This document shows positions 10,501-18,949 of a stretch of DNA of 64,000 nt, piece after piece. A program made the translations under genes and the position numbers. The notes under the pieces were generated by a model. The model ran no database searches. It was not told the origin of the DNA and saw nothing but the letters and a program-made list of their open reading frames with translations. The stretch's first letter is position 1; each line of letters begins with the position of its first letter. This DNA comes from Ostreococcus lucimarinus (lineage: Eukaryota): NCBI GenBank assembly GCA_000092065.1, contig CP000584.1. One strand, written 5' to 3'.

Positions 10501-13462
10501 GCGGTGGCGGCGGTAGTGGAGGAAGCTCGTACGTGCCGTCGGGGATGCACCGCACGCCATCAATGGCTTCCTGCACCTCTACGCTCAAAACACCGTCAGC
10601 ACGCATGCGAGGCGTTTCCCCGACCCACGCAGGAGCGCCACTAACGAATCCCGATGGACACGCCACGCACGCGACGGATCCAAACGACCCCGCGAAGAAA
10701 TTATCTTGACATTGCACGCAAGACGTCATGCCGCTCGCGGGTTGAATCGTCCCGCGCGGGCACAGAGCACACTCCAACGCTCCTGTTAGTGGTGCCACTG
10801 TGCCGGGCACACACGTGGGGCAACCCGTCGATCCACGAAAGCCAGTCGCCGTGCCCGCACCGCACGTCAAACACTGCGCAGCGTTCGTCGTCGTGGAATA
10901 CGAGCCCGGATTGCACAAAGAACACTCTCGCACTGCGGCGCTCGCGGATGAACTCACGTATGAGCCCGCTGCGCAATCAACTGACGGTAATGACAAAGGC
11001 ACTGCGCCTACGTTCAGCGTACTCGCCGTCACGGCGTCCGAAATCTTCGTCACCGCTTGCGAGAGGTACGTTTGATTCCAGTCGCCGCCGTAACTCGTTG
11101 GCAACATCGCGAGCGAATTGATCGTAAACACAACGATCACCGAGCCTTGTTTGATTCCCAGGATTTCAACATCGTTTGCGGTTGTTCCGTCACTCAGTGC
11201 GCTCGCTATACCAGTTTTGAACGCGGTCGCGTCGGTCTCCGTCCAACCTTCGACGTTTCCTTGTAATCGCAAAGAAATCTCAGGGACGTTGATCGTCACG
11301 TTGAGCGGCGGCAGCGACGGCGGCGATGGCGGCGGTGGTGATGGTGGAGGAGAGGGTGGTGGGTTCGGTGGCGGTGGGGCAAGTCCACAAGACGTCTGCC
11401 CGACGTCACCGAAAGTTCCAGAACCGCTCGCACACGGCGTCGGCGTGACGGTGCCTGCGTTGGGACAGCTGGTGTCCACCGGGCACAATACGCACGTGCT
11501 CGAATCGCTCGCCGCAGTCGCCGTGCTGTACATTCCGGCAGGACACTTAGTACAGTCCTCGTCCGAGACCGCGGCGGTCGTGAGCCCGAACGTTCCAGCA
11601 GGACACGAGCTGCAAGCACTGACACTGCCCAAGCTGTACGTCCCCTTCGCGCAGTCGTACTGCGCCGTCGCCGAACTCGTGTCGTTGCAATACCGCCCTG
11701 GTGGGCAGAACGAGCAATGTGTCTGACCACCTTCACTGAACGTCCCGGGCGCACAATCGGCATTACCACTACCGTCCGTCGCAGGGCATTGTTTGCCGAC
11801 TTCGCACCTCGTGCACGCGCTCACGGCGCCTCCGTAACTATAAAATCCTAACGCGCAGTTCAGCTGTATGTCCTGCGTTGTATCCGTGCAGTAGCGCCCT
11901 GGATCACACTCAGTACACGCTGCAGCTCTCCCTAAACTGAACGTTCCCGCTTGGCACTGCGTCTGATCACCCGGAAGCGGCGTGGGACACGCCGATCCCG
12001 CGGTACAATTTGAGCACGCCTGCGCGCCTGCGTAAGACTGCGTGCCGATCGGACACAAAGCCGGAGCGGACGCTCCATCGGCGCACGAGTAGCCTTCAGG
12101 ACACGTTACACATCCTGCGCCGGACGCCGCCGCGGTCGGCTGCCGAAGTGGGTCGGTGTCGTTGTAAGGCCTCGCAAACGCAACGGCGACATCCTTGAGA
12201 GCCCAGCCGCTGTAGGTGCCCGCGCCGCACTCCTGGTACGCAGTGAGCCCTTCGGTCGGGCACGACTTACCCACCGGGCACGTTAGACAGCTTCCTGACG
12301 CAGAGCTGGGCTGGTACGTGCCGATATCACACAGTTCGCAAGACGTCGATCCCTCCTCTGCGTACGATCCAGCGGGACACGCCGAAGGCGTAATTCTTTC
12401 CGCAGTCGACTCGCACTTGTAACCAGCCGGACATGGCAAGCACGACGTACTTCCCACAGTAGCCGCATATGTCCCGGCCAAACAAGGCGAGCACGTCGAA
12501 CTTCCCTCGGCTGCCGCCGACCCCGCGGCGCAAATCTCCGGCGTCACCGTGCCCGGCGATTCACACTTGTAGCCCGCCGTACAGCTTGTGCAAGTCGCTG
12601 ACGCCGCCGACGCCGCGAACGTGCCAGCATCACACGTCGAACATTCGAGCGATCCCTGCGCGGACGATGTACCCGCGAGACAGGGCTGCGGCGTGATTGT
12701 CGCCGCGCTCGCACACTTGTAGCCCGCCGGACACGGCGCGCACGATCCTCCCGCGGCGCCGTTGTACTCTCCCGCCGGACACGGCACCGCGATCGACGTC
12801 TTCAACAATTCACACTCCGTACCCGCCGGACACTGCGAGCACGACGACTGCTTTCCCTCGAAAACGCACGTCACAGTCGTTCCCTCGTTGTCCAATCCCG
12901 CACCGTTATTCGTCACCTCCCCGCACCCCGACACGAATCCGTCCGCTTGCCCAGCCGTCTCGCACACCATCCCGATCGTGCCCGTCGGGCTCACTGACGG
13001 CGCGCACGTCAACGTCATCGTCCCCGAATCCGGCAGCGGGATCACGCACGTCGCCGCTTGCTCTTTAAAAAAGCTCAACCCGCCCTCCGCGTACGCGCAC
13101 GTCGCCGCGATTTTCGACCCGTCCAGCCCGTGACTCGCCTGATACGCCTCCTGCAGCGCCGTCACCCAATTCGCCTCATCTATCGCGTTCCCCGCGCAAT
13201 CCGTGGCGACGTCCCACTGGCACACCGCGTTCGCGCCCGTGGCGTAATTTCCGACGCCGCAGTCGGCGCACGACGTCGCCGTCCCGTCGCCGCTCGTCCC
13301 CGCCGCGCAGTCCGCGCACGCGCCGTCATCGATGAACTGTCCCGCCGCGCACGTCTGCGCGGACGCGGGCGTTATCAACGCCGTCGCCGACAGCGCGAGG
13401 AGCGTCGCGAGCGTCAGCGCGCGCCGCACGCGCGCGAAACGAGGCCGCGGCTCTTTCGGCAT
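7562..13462 (-). CDS. Giant type-I transmembrane receptor-like protein. It has an ephrin-receptor-like/TNFR-like cysteine-rich repeat ectodomain, a Pro-rich stalk, a single TM helix and an intracellular TPR array with an unknown C-terminal domain.
   Basis: The in-frame ATG at 13462 (cat at 13460-13462) begins the signal peptide MPKEPRPRFARVRRALTLATLLALSATALITPASAQ. The alternative upstream start is at 13549. More than 15 repeats of the form C-x2-C-x-AG-x(8-12)-C-x2-C-x-xG-Y follow. Then comes PPPPNPPPSPPPSPPPPSPPSLPP, and then the TM segment WTVGGIALSVYGIILWIISRRIW. About 10 TPR units follow (for example ALYNLAIVIDSIGSVGEAKEWMKRAVDCRPND), then a roughly 600-aa C-terminal region with no recognised motif. 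Stop is at 7562-7564, and TGTAA on the minus strand is at 7547-7551. Confidence 0.7.
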   Translation of the reverse strand: MPKEPRPRFARVRRALTLATLLALSATALITPASAQTCAAGQFIDDGACADCAAGTSGDGTATSCADCGVGNYATGANAVCQWDVATDCAGNAIDEANWVTALQEAYQASHGLDGSKIAATCAYAEGGLSFFKEQAATCVIPLPDSGTMTLTCAPSVSPTGTIGMVCETAGQADGFVSGCGEVTNNGAGLDNEGTTVTCVFEGKQSSCSQCPAGTECELLKTSIAVPCPAGEYNGAAGGSCAPCPAGYKCASAATITPQPCLAGTSSAQGSLECSTCDAGTFAASAASATCTSCTAGYKCESPGTVTPEICAAGSAAAEGSSTCSPCLAGTYAATVGSTSCLPCPAGYKCESTAERITPSACPAGSYAEEGSTSCELCDIGTYQPSSASGSCLTCPVGKSCPTEGLTAYQECGAGTYSGWALKDVAVAFARPYNDTDPLRQPTAAASGAGCVTCPEGYSCADGASAPALCPIGTQSYAGAQACSNCTAGSACPTPLPGDQTQCQAGTFSLGRAAACTECDPGRYCTDTTQDIQLNCALGFYSYGGAVSACTRCEVGKQCPATDGSGNADCAPGTFSEGGQTHCSFCPPGRYCNDTSSATAQYDCAKGTYSLGSVSACSSCPAGTFGLTTAAVSDEDCTKCPAGMYSTATAASDSSTCVLCPVDTSCPNAGTVTPTPCASGSGTFGDVGQTSCGLAPPPPNPPPSPPPSPPPPSPPSLPPLNVTINVPEISLRLQGNVEGWTETDATAFKTGIASALSDGTTANDVEILGIKQGSVIVVFTINSLAMLPTSYGGDWNQTYLSQAVTKISDAVTASTLNVGAVPLSLPSVDCAAGSYVSSSASAAVRECSLCNPGSYSTTTNAAQCLTCGAGTATGFRGSTGCPTCVPGTVAPLTGALECALCPRGTIQPASGMTSCVQCQDNFFAGSFGSVACVACPSGFVSGAPAWVGETPRMRADGVLSVEVQEAIDGVRCIPDGTYELPPLPPPPLGVREADKTSWTVGGIALSVYGIILWIISRRIWAREKLTLQYAENESFVDAITPLMENTAASRGTIKEFEDEDLRYAIDCFRRGGIEEAEEIYARMAERNPGNADIMHGLAICRAFAGDTEYAHAFAQRSASLTLTAQRQITLGNIFLAQGKLAKASTVYAMAIRRDPVSAVAHFNIGNAHFLAGDAASARVSYLAALDREPNYFKALYNLAIVIDSIGSVGEAKEWMKRAVDCRPNDSRATYALALLYVKLGQWKKAEYHFEQTLNLDAKHAPSQVKLGNLAFRRGDFQRSGANYLNALEVDPGNVEALTNLAMLDWCKGLLSACNEQLRLALTINPSYYPALYNLTLTRLSQGRIEDCMKYYQRTRACADSSALSKTQMFNLSMALAELDELDDADVPEEFTPNTVEHQLMKIALAKIQLAATTDDGKSSKPATTKQTLNPIVATADVEPQPPKMKRSNTTRVYESLVFISDAMKFPERLEACALDDTCVILYEHDVNSAMLCRKLIAKAKERLSTASGLQPVERVAVIAPTFPGGVRLGDDVIMDKRTVMQTGDIALFLKGLNEILGLQQWRGKRLDFLTLDYSLEENVSLLRMIKYEHQFECEVSCSDKMESSETYDLTAEQLKAMQGAAGGAWACLRYFVAGSLEDWAALPQAPPRHKVIEASGGGLLALKESEEEKVKVSWRTAAKMAMSIAPKAQTIVPMAKANIEPPPAVLAPAEVDVFGIRRTKKHQPTSRTKSHITHVDIEVMTHMPVAKFKSHATQLFFCKEIAVELGVDVNRVRVARTDDIADTVTVRITERRDGSNEGGPLEILVNKLQNAIKDGYFIIDEAFGEVDVMGVFWPPADIPEDDDGEEAVSVVSEVSSGGETRASHDENATPHLSEFTDFDVSDTVGRKTAFTVASASLEPTLSARSLEPTSVRQTPLTSTIPAQDFVEIEYNDADGSRESRARWDFDRNIANLRNERTGIWDTGDLR

Positions 13463-13785
13463 TTCGCAACGCGTCGACGGTTTCGTCTCTACGCGTCGCC
13501 GACGATCGACGACATGCGCCCGTCGCGCGTGTGCGCGCCCGCGACGCACGTTTCTCTCGCGGGCGTCGCGGACGCGCGCGTGGGGGCGGTGCGCGCGATG
13601 TAAACTGACGCGATGGGGCCGCGGGCATCGTCCCCCTCAACCGTCCGGGCGGCGCGACGGCGGCTCGATTCGACGGATGGATTCGATTCGCGGCGTCGCG
13701 CGTCGACGGACTCGTCTCTACGGATTTTTTGGATGGATTCGTTCGTTAAATAATGCACGCGGGCCGAAGATGCGCGCGCGCCGGG

Positions 13786-14958
13786 CTAACGCTCGAGCCA
13801 GGCGTCTTCTTCCACGGCGACGCCGGTGTGACGAGCGACGCGATCGCAGACGACGAGGACCTCGTCGCCGGGGACGAGCTCGGCGACGGAGACGTGCGCG
13901 CCGCCGGGACGGACGAGACGACACGTCTCGGCGTTTTGAAGTAAAACGGCGAGCGTGCCGACGTCGGGCCCGCTCGGGTGGTCGGCTTCGATCATAAGCA
14001 TCGAACGACGCTCCATTTTGACGCGAGCGACGTTGGCCACGCGCGTTCGGCCGTCGGCGGCGCAGACGAGGATTTCGCTTCCACATCGCAGCTCGCTCAG
14101 GTAGGACGTTTTACCGTTCGGGGCGCGCACGTATGACGCCGTCGGGCCCGCATTGACCCTAAATGGACGCGTGTTGACGTAGCCGCACTCGATGTTTTCC
14201 GCGTGAATCAAGAACAAACCGCTCGCGAACGATCCCACCAGCATGCCCTCGCCGAGCTCAAAGTTCGTCGCCGCGTCCACGGCGCATCGATCACCAGCCC
14301 CCACGCGTTTCACCGCAGTCACTCGCGCGGGCACCAACTCTAATTTTTCACTCGATTCCCCACCGAACGAGCGCATCGCATCGGCTAACGCGCGTACCTC
14401 CGCCGGGTCGTTCGTCCGCAAGCACACGCCGTCGACGCCGGTCTCCAACGCCTCGAGCATCACTCGAGCCTCCGCGGCGTCGTGCACGCACGCGAACAGC
14501 GCCCTGTCTATCGGCGTTCCCGCAAACGCCGCGACTAAATTTTCTGCGGGAATGATGGACCAACCATCGACGCAGTCCATGACCAACACGTCGCCGTCCC
14601 GTCTCGAAGCCGCCGCCGCCGCCGCGCGAGCGCACTCCTCTGGCGATCTTATCACCGCGAACGCGCCTCTGCGCGCGCCTTGGACGCGATCGACGATCGA
14701 ACCATCGTCTTCGGCGACGAGTAATTCGCAATTCACCGACTTTGCGAACGTCTCGGCGTCGCGCGCCGCGCAAACCACCGTGGTGGTTAGAGCTAATTCA
14801 GCAGCCGTCTGCACGCACTGCACGTTTGACGTCTGTAACCAGCACTGACGGGCGCGATCGCGATCGCGTTTGCTCGCGCGACACACGATGGTGTCGCTTC
14901 GACGCGCGCGCGCGGTCGGCGGCGCGTGACTCGCGAGCGAGCGCGCGGTTGAAGCCAT
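13786..14958 (-). CDS. Archaeal-type 3-dehydroquinate synthase II-like protein (DHQS-like), probably plastid-targeted.
   Basis: ATG at 14958 (cat at 14956-14958); the upstream track start at 14991 is GTG. The N-terminus MASTARSLASHAPPTARARR looks like a transit peptide. The core segment GYVNTRPFRVNAGPTASYVRAPNGKTSYLSELRCGSEILVCAADGRTRVANVARVKMERRSMLMIEA and the overall pattern resemble the PF01959 family found in archaea and in plants (At3g28760-like). Confidence 0.6.
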   Translation of the reverse strand: MASTARSLASHAPPTARARRSDTIVCRASKRDRDRARQCWLQTSNVQCVQTAAELALTTTVVCAARDAETFAKSVNCELLVAEDDGSIVDRVQGARRGAFAVIRSPEECARAAAAAASRRDGDVLVMDCVDGWSIIPAENLVAAFAGTPIDRALFACVHDAAEARVMLEALETGVDGVCLRTNDPAEVRALADAMRSFGGESSEKLELVPARVTAVKRVGAGDRCAVDAATNFELGEGMLVGSFASGLFLIHAENIECGYVNTRPFRVNAGPTASYVRAPNGKTSYLSELRCGSEILVCAADGRTRVANVARVKMERRSMLMIEADHPSGPDVGTLAVLLQNAETCRLVRPGGAHVSVAELVPGDEVLVVCDRVARHTGVAVEEDAWLER

Positions 14959-15075
14959 GCGAGGCGAACAGTGTGGGACCGTGTGGGACACACATTGGAC
15001 CGTGTGTCGGCATAATTCGACGTACAGACGCGCGTCAGCGCGAGCTTTCGACCGAACGACGATCGAGATTGAACG

Positions 15076-15772
15076 ATGAAAATTTTCACGGCGACGCTAT
15101 GCGCGCTTCTTGTCCTCGCGTCCGGCGCGCTCGCGGCTGAGGCGGACGATGACGATACGAAAGAGGACATGCTGCGGGATTTTTGGAAGGACGAAATGGC
15201 GAACTTTGAGTACACGATGACGAACGCGACCACGGGCGAACCGATAGAGGGCGCGGGAGCTATCGTCGCGCCGACGTTCTCGCGCGATAAAGTTCTCGGT
15301 GCGTTTGAGAACGATTGTGTTTAATATTGATTTTCGCGCGCGACTGACGCCGCCGACGCGGGCGTGTTTCGTCGCAGTGGGCGTCTTCATACCCGCATCG
15401 AGCGGTTTCATAAATTCGCAAAAAACGGTGAACGTCACGGTGTGTGAATTCATGTACCCAGAAAACTGCCTGATGGAGACGCCGTATCCCGGAGCACCGA
15501 GCGAGTATGCGTGCGGCTTGTCCGACGAGGAGCGACCAGAAACTGGATTCGAGTGCGATTCGCGAGAAGTCGAAGTTGAGCCCGACGGCGATCTGTCCGT
15601 TGACGTGGAAATCGAAGAAGAAAATGAAGCGTTGTACGACGATTACGCCGAGTCGCCAGCGCCGGCGCCGGCGCGAAAGTTACTCGCGTCAGCTCGAATC
15701 GGGCGCGCGAATCCGCGAAGATCGCGCACGCTGCGAACGGCGGGGGCGCGCGGATACGGACGAGGTCGTTAA
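15076..15772 (+). CDS. Small secreted acidic protein, two exons: join(15076..15298, 15378..15772).
   Basis: ATG at 15076 is followed by the signal peptide MKIFTATLCALLVLASGALA. ORF 15076..15324 and ORF 15299..15772 are linked by a 79-nt intron. It has a GTGCGT donor at 15299, a CTGAC branch near 15343 and a CAG acceptor ending at 15377. Both junctions are phase 1, so the frame is kept. The intron has lower GC (tttaatattgatttt). Confidence 0.5.
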
Positions 15773-15841
15773 CAGAGCGCCCCAGGGTACGGTTCAAGCT
15801 ACGATGATCCTAACGATACGAATACAAAATTTTCTCTTCTT

Positions 15842-17809
15842 TCACACCACCGTGCCGCGCGACATACAATCGCGAAGTTGATACAATAACTGTCCCCCGC
15901 TCGCTTTGCTGGCCAACACCGAGATCGATTTCCCTTTTTTACCGCGGCCGAGCCACGCGGCGACGGCCAGAGCCTTGGCCTCGGTTTCTGTGTCGTCGTC
16001 TCTTGCTTTAGGGACTAAAATAACGCACCCATCGGACACCTTTTTTAGATGTTCGATGGATTTCGCATTCGTGATTTCCTCGGGGACGTCGTCCGAGCTC
16101 GATCGCGACGACGAATTCGCGCCCACGTTTTCGTCTTGCTGCCGCGCGAGAATGATTTCCAGCTCGCTCGCACGAACGCGGACGATTTGCTTCTTTAAGC
16201 ATGGCAGTGCGGTGTCGAGGCCTTCTTGCGTGATTCTATAAGCGCACTCGACGCCGTCGACGATTTGACGTTCAAACGCACGAACGCCGCACGCAACGAC
16301 CTGCAAACCAGCGTTCTTGCCATCCTTTCCCCGCGCCGTCAACACTTTTCGTGCGCCGTCGGACAAGTAATATAGACGCTTTGGAGTGACACCCGGAAGG
16401 TCGGAGTGCTGACGCGTCATCAACGCGTCGTCCAGATCGAGCGCGTCTTGCACGCCGTAATGTTTATTGATGCTCTTCACGATGGATCTGTCTTCAACCT
16501 TCATCACCGGCGCCACACGTTTCTTTTCGTTCCACTGCTCATTCGCACGCTCCATTCTATAAGTCTTGTTTGCGTCCATTTGCGGCGTTTGCTCCATCTC
16601 CGGAGGCAACTCGGCCGTCTTCTTCAACGCGGTGATGAAAAATCCACCCGTATCGTCGAGATGGGGAAATACTCGAACGCATCTCTCGAGCGGCATCGCG
16701 TCATACTCTCGGTTCCAAAACATCGTCTTCGCCACGGTTTTCATGCGTTTCTTCCCAGTCTCTTCGAAAGAGTCGTGCCATCCGTATATATCACCGACTT
16801 TCCATCTCTTCATCCCCGGTCGTCGCTTAAGCTCGGGCAAGCTCTTCGAGACGTCGACGAGCTCCACAGAGCCTTTCGCGCGCTTCAACAGCGCCGCGAC
16901 GACGGACTCATTCTCCAATGGGTTCAAACTGCACGTCGAGTAGACTAAACGCCCACCCACTTCGAGCAAGCGCAAGGCGTGGGTGGCGATCTCAAGCTGA
17001 AGCGTGTGTAAATCCACCCCGCTCGAGGCGTTCCACTTCTTCCAAAGGTCGGGCGATTTCCGCAGCGTCCCATCACCGCTGCACGGGACGTCGGCTAAAA
17101 TTCTATCGAACCTAATTTTCTTTCCCTTGGCGTCGTGTAAAATTGGAAACAACTGCGCCTGATGATTCGTCACGACGAGTGCCGGGGAGTTGCTTCGCTT
17201 GCACTGATGCGTGAGCAAATTCGCTCGCTGTAAAGACGCGTCGTTCGCTACCACCACCCCTCGAGGCGTCTCCCCAGCGTTCGTCGCGCCGTGCAACATC
17301 TCCAATAACTGTGACGTCTTACTTCCCGGCGCGGCGCACATATCGATCACGCGATGCTTCGGTTTCACCTCTAAAAACAACGGCGGAATCATCGAAACCA
17401 ACTCTTGCCTCGTCAGCGCCCCCGTCTCCCCGGCGCTCTTCAAAAACGCGTGCAACCCGAGCACGCCGCGCGATTCACTCTGTTTCAACGACGCGCTCTG
17501 CGATATATCTATCTGCCAGCTCAAACGATCCGGATACCACGCGACGCACTTCGGCGGCTTCATCGACGCCTCGCGCTTCAGCGCCGGCAACACGTCGCCC
17601 TCCAGCTTCCTCCGCACCGCCTCCACGAGCGCCGTCGACGCGTTCAGTCGAAACGTCAGCGGCAGCGGTCTTCGAAACGCCTCCATCATCGCTCGAAAGT
17701 CGCCCGCGTCTTCGCACACGCCCTGCGCGGCGTAATACGCCTCGAACCTTTCGTTCGCGAGCGCCGGCGGCTCGAGCTTCGCGCGCTTCTCGCGATGCCC
17801 GTCGTCCAT
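15842..17809 (-). CDS. NSUN2: NOL1/NOP2/Sun-family RNA (cytosine-C5) methyltransferase, NSUN2/Trm4-like tRNA m5C methyltransferase.
   Basis: ATG at 17809 (cat at 17807-17809); the Arg-rich region upstream in the 807-aa track ORF is excluded. SAM motif I is DMCAAPGSKTSQLLEML. The catalytic motifs PCSGDGTLRKSPDLW and TCSLNPLENESVV carry the two catalytic Cys residues. Length is about 656 aa. Confidence 0.85.
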   Translation of the reverse strand: MDDGHREKRAKLEPPALANERFEAYYAAQGVCEDAGDFRAMMEAFRRPLPLTFRLNASTALVEAVRRKLEGDVLPALKREASMKPPKCVAWYPDRLSWQIDISQSASLKQSESRGVLGLHAFLKSAGETGALTRQELVSMIPPLFLEVKPKHRVIDMCAAPGSKTSQLLEMLHGATNAGETPRGVVVANDASLQRANLLTHQCKRSNSPALVVTNHQAQLFPILHDAKGKKIRFDRILADVPCSGDGTLRKSPDLWKKWNASSGVDLHTLQLEIATHALRLLEVGGRLVYSTCSLNPLENESVVAALLKRAKGSVELVDVSKSLPELKRRPGMKRWKVGDIYGWHDSFEETGKKRMKTVAKTMFWNREYDAMPLERCVRVFPHLDDTGGFFITALKKTAELPPEMEQTPQMDANKTYRMERANEQWNEKKRVAPVMKVEDRSIVKSINKHYGVQDALDLDDALMTRQHSDLPGVTPKRLYYLSDGARKVLTARGKDGKNAGLQVVACGVRAFERQIVDGVECAYRITQEGLDTALPCLKKQIVRVRASELEIILARQQDENVGANSSSRSSSDDVPEEITNAKSIEHLKKVSDGCVILVPKARDDDTETEAKALAVAAWLGRGKKGKSISVLASKASGGQLLYQLRDCMSRGTVV

Positions 17810-17980
17810 CGCGCGCGCGCTCGACGCGCCGGCGCGTCGCGCGCGTTCGCAAGCGATCCGCGCGCGCGCTCGTTCGTCGCTCGACGACGCGCGTCGTCCA
17901 CTGGCGTCGTCCCGACGACGACGTGGGACGCGCTCGCGACGACGCCGCACTGCGCGCCGCGTCGACTCGACGACGACGCC

Positions 17981-18823
17981 ATGACGACGAGCGCGAACAA
18001 ACGCGCGATGTTCGACACCCCCGCCGCGGTCGCGTCGGACGCGAAGCGCGCGCGACGCGCGCCGGGAACGCCGAAAACGCCGAACGATGGCGCGCGCGTC
18101 GAGCTCGCGCCGCGAACGCCGTGCGATGGCGATCGATTCGGCTCGCCCGCGACGCCGAAAACGGCGCGAGGGAAGGAAAACGATTGTTTGAAACGGCTCG
18201 GCGGCGCGGACGACGCGCGCGCGGCGGGCGCGCGGCGGAGGGGCGGCGGTATGCTTTCCCGCCAAAATGTGTTTCGATTGTTTTCAAATTTGCTGTCGAG
18301 CGGCGCGGCGAAGGGACCGACGGCGGAGGAGGAGATTCGGGCGCTGAAGGAGGCGTTGCGGGAAGCGCACGATCGTGTGGAGACGTTGAGCGAAGATAAA
18401 CGATTGGCGGAGAAGAATGCGCGGCAGATGGACTCGGAACGCGCGGCGCTGGCGAGCGAGCAAGTGGCGGTGCAGAAGACCGTGAGCGAGCTCGGTCGTG
18501 AACTTTTGGAAACGGCGAAGGAATCGTGGAGTATCCGTTCGGAATTGGCGATAAAGGATGCGGAGATCGAGCGTTTGCGTAAGAACAAAGGTGAGGCCAA
18601 GTCGTCGAAAGTTGACGCGAAGCCATCAAACGTTGAAGACGCGAGAGAGTTTATTTTCAACTACTTTGCAACCAAGCGATGCGACTCCGTCGGCATGGAC
18701 GAGCTCATGCGCGTGAAGCCTTCGGCTCTAAGCGACATGGATTTGTTTGCGGCCCTCGCGGAGCGCATCACGGACACCGCGTATCAAACCGCGTCGCACA
18801 TGGTCGTCGTCCATCAAATCTGA
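17981..18823 (+). CDS. Hypothetical coiled-coil protein with a KEN motif and TP-rich N-terminus.
   Basis: ATG at 17981; upstream the track ORF is Arg-rich junk that overlaps the NSUN gene on the other strand. The N-terminus has TPKTP/SPATPKT motifs and a KEN tripeptide (TARGKENDCLKRL). A coiled-coil region follows (EEEIRALKEALREAHDRVETLSEDKRLAEKNARQ ... AIKDAEIERLRKNK), then a conserved-looking C-terminal 60 aa. Stop is at 18821-18823 and TGTAA at 18891-18895. Confidence 0.45.
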   Translation: MTTSANKRAMFDTPAAVASDAKRARRAPGTPKTPNDGARVELAPRTPCDGDRFGSPATPKTARGKENDCLKRLGGADDARAAGARRRGGGMLSRQNVFRLFSNLLSSGAAKGPTAEEEIRALKEALREAHDRVETLSEDKRLAEKNARQMDSERAALASEQVAVQKTVSELGRELLETAKESWSIRSELAIKDAEIERLRKNKGEAKSSKVDAKPSNVEDAREFIFNYFATKRCDSVGMDELMRVKPSALSDMDLFAALAERITDTAYQTASHMVVVHQI

Positions 18824-18890
18824 CGGTCGCGCTCGTCCGTTTTTTGTTTGTTTGTTTTGCGTGTACCGCTCTCGCACTTCTTTGCTTGTG

Positions 18891-18895
18891 TGTAA
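18891..18895 (+). terminator. TGTAA putative poly(A) signal of the coiled-coil gene.
   Basis: It lies in a T-rich, low-GC 126-bp convergent spacer (tttgtttgtttgttttgcgtg...tgtgtgtaataatattatac). Confidence 0.4.
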
Positions 18896-18936
18896 TAATA
18901 TTATACTTTCTGTTTTATGCGCGGTTGGTGTGACAG

Positions 18937-18941
18937 TTACA
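18937..18941 (-). terminator. TGTAA putative poly(A) signal of the AP beta-adaptin gene (minus strand).
   Basis: Plus-strand ttaca at 18937-18941 sits 9 nt beyond the minus-strand stop at 18950. Confidence 0.4.
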
Positions 18942-18949
18942 GTTTGCGA

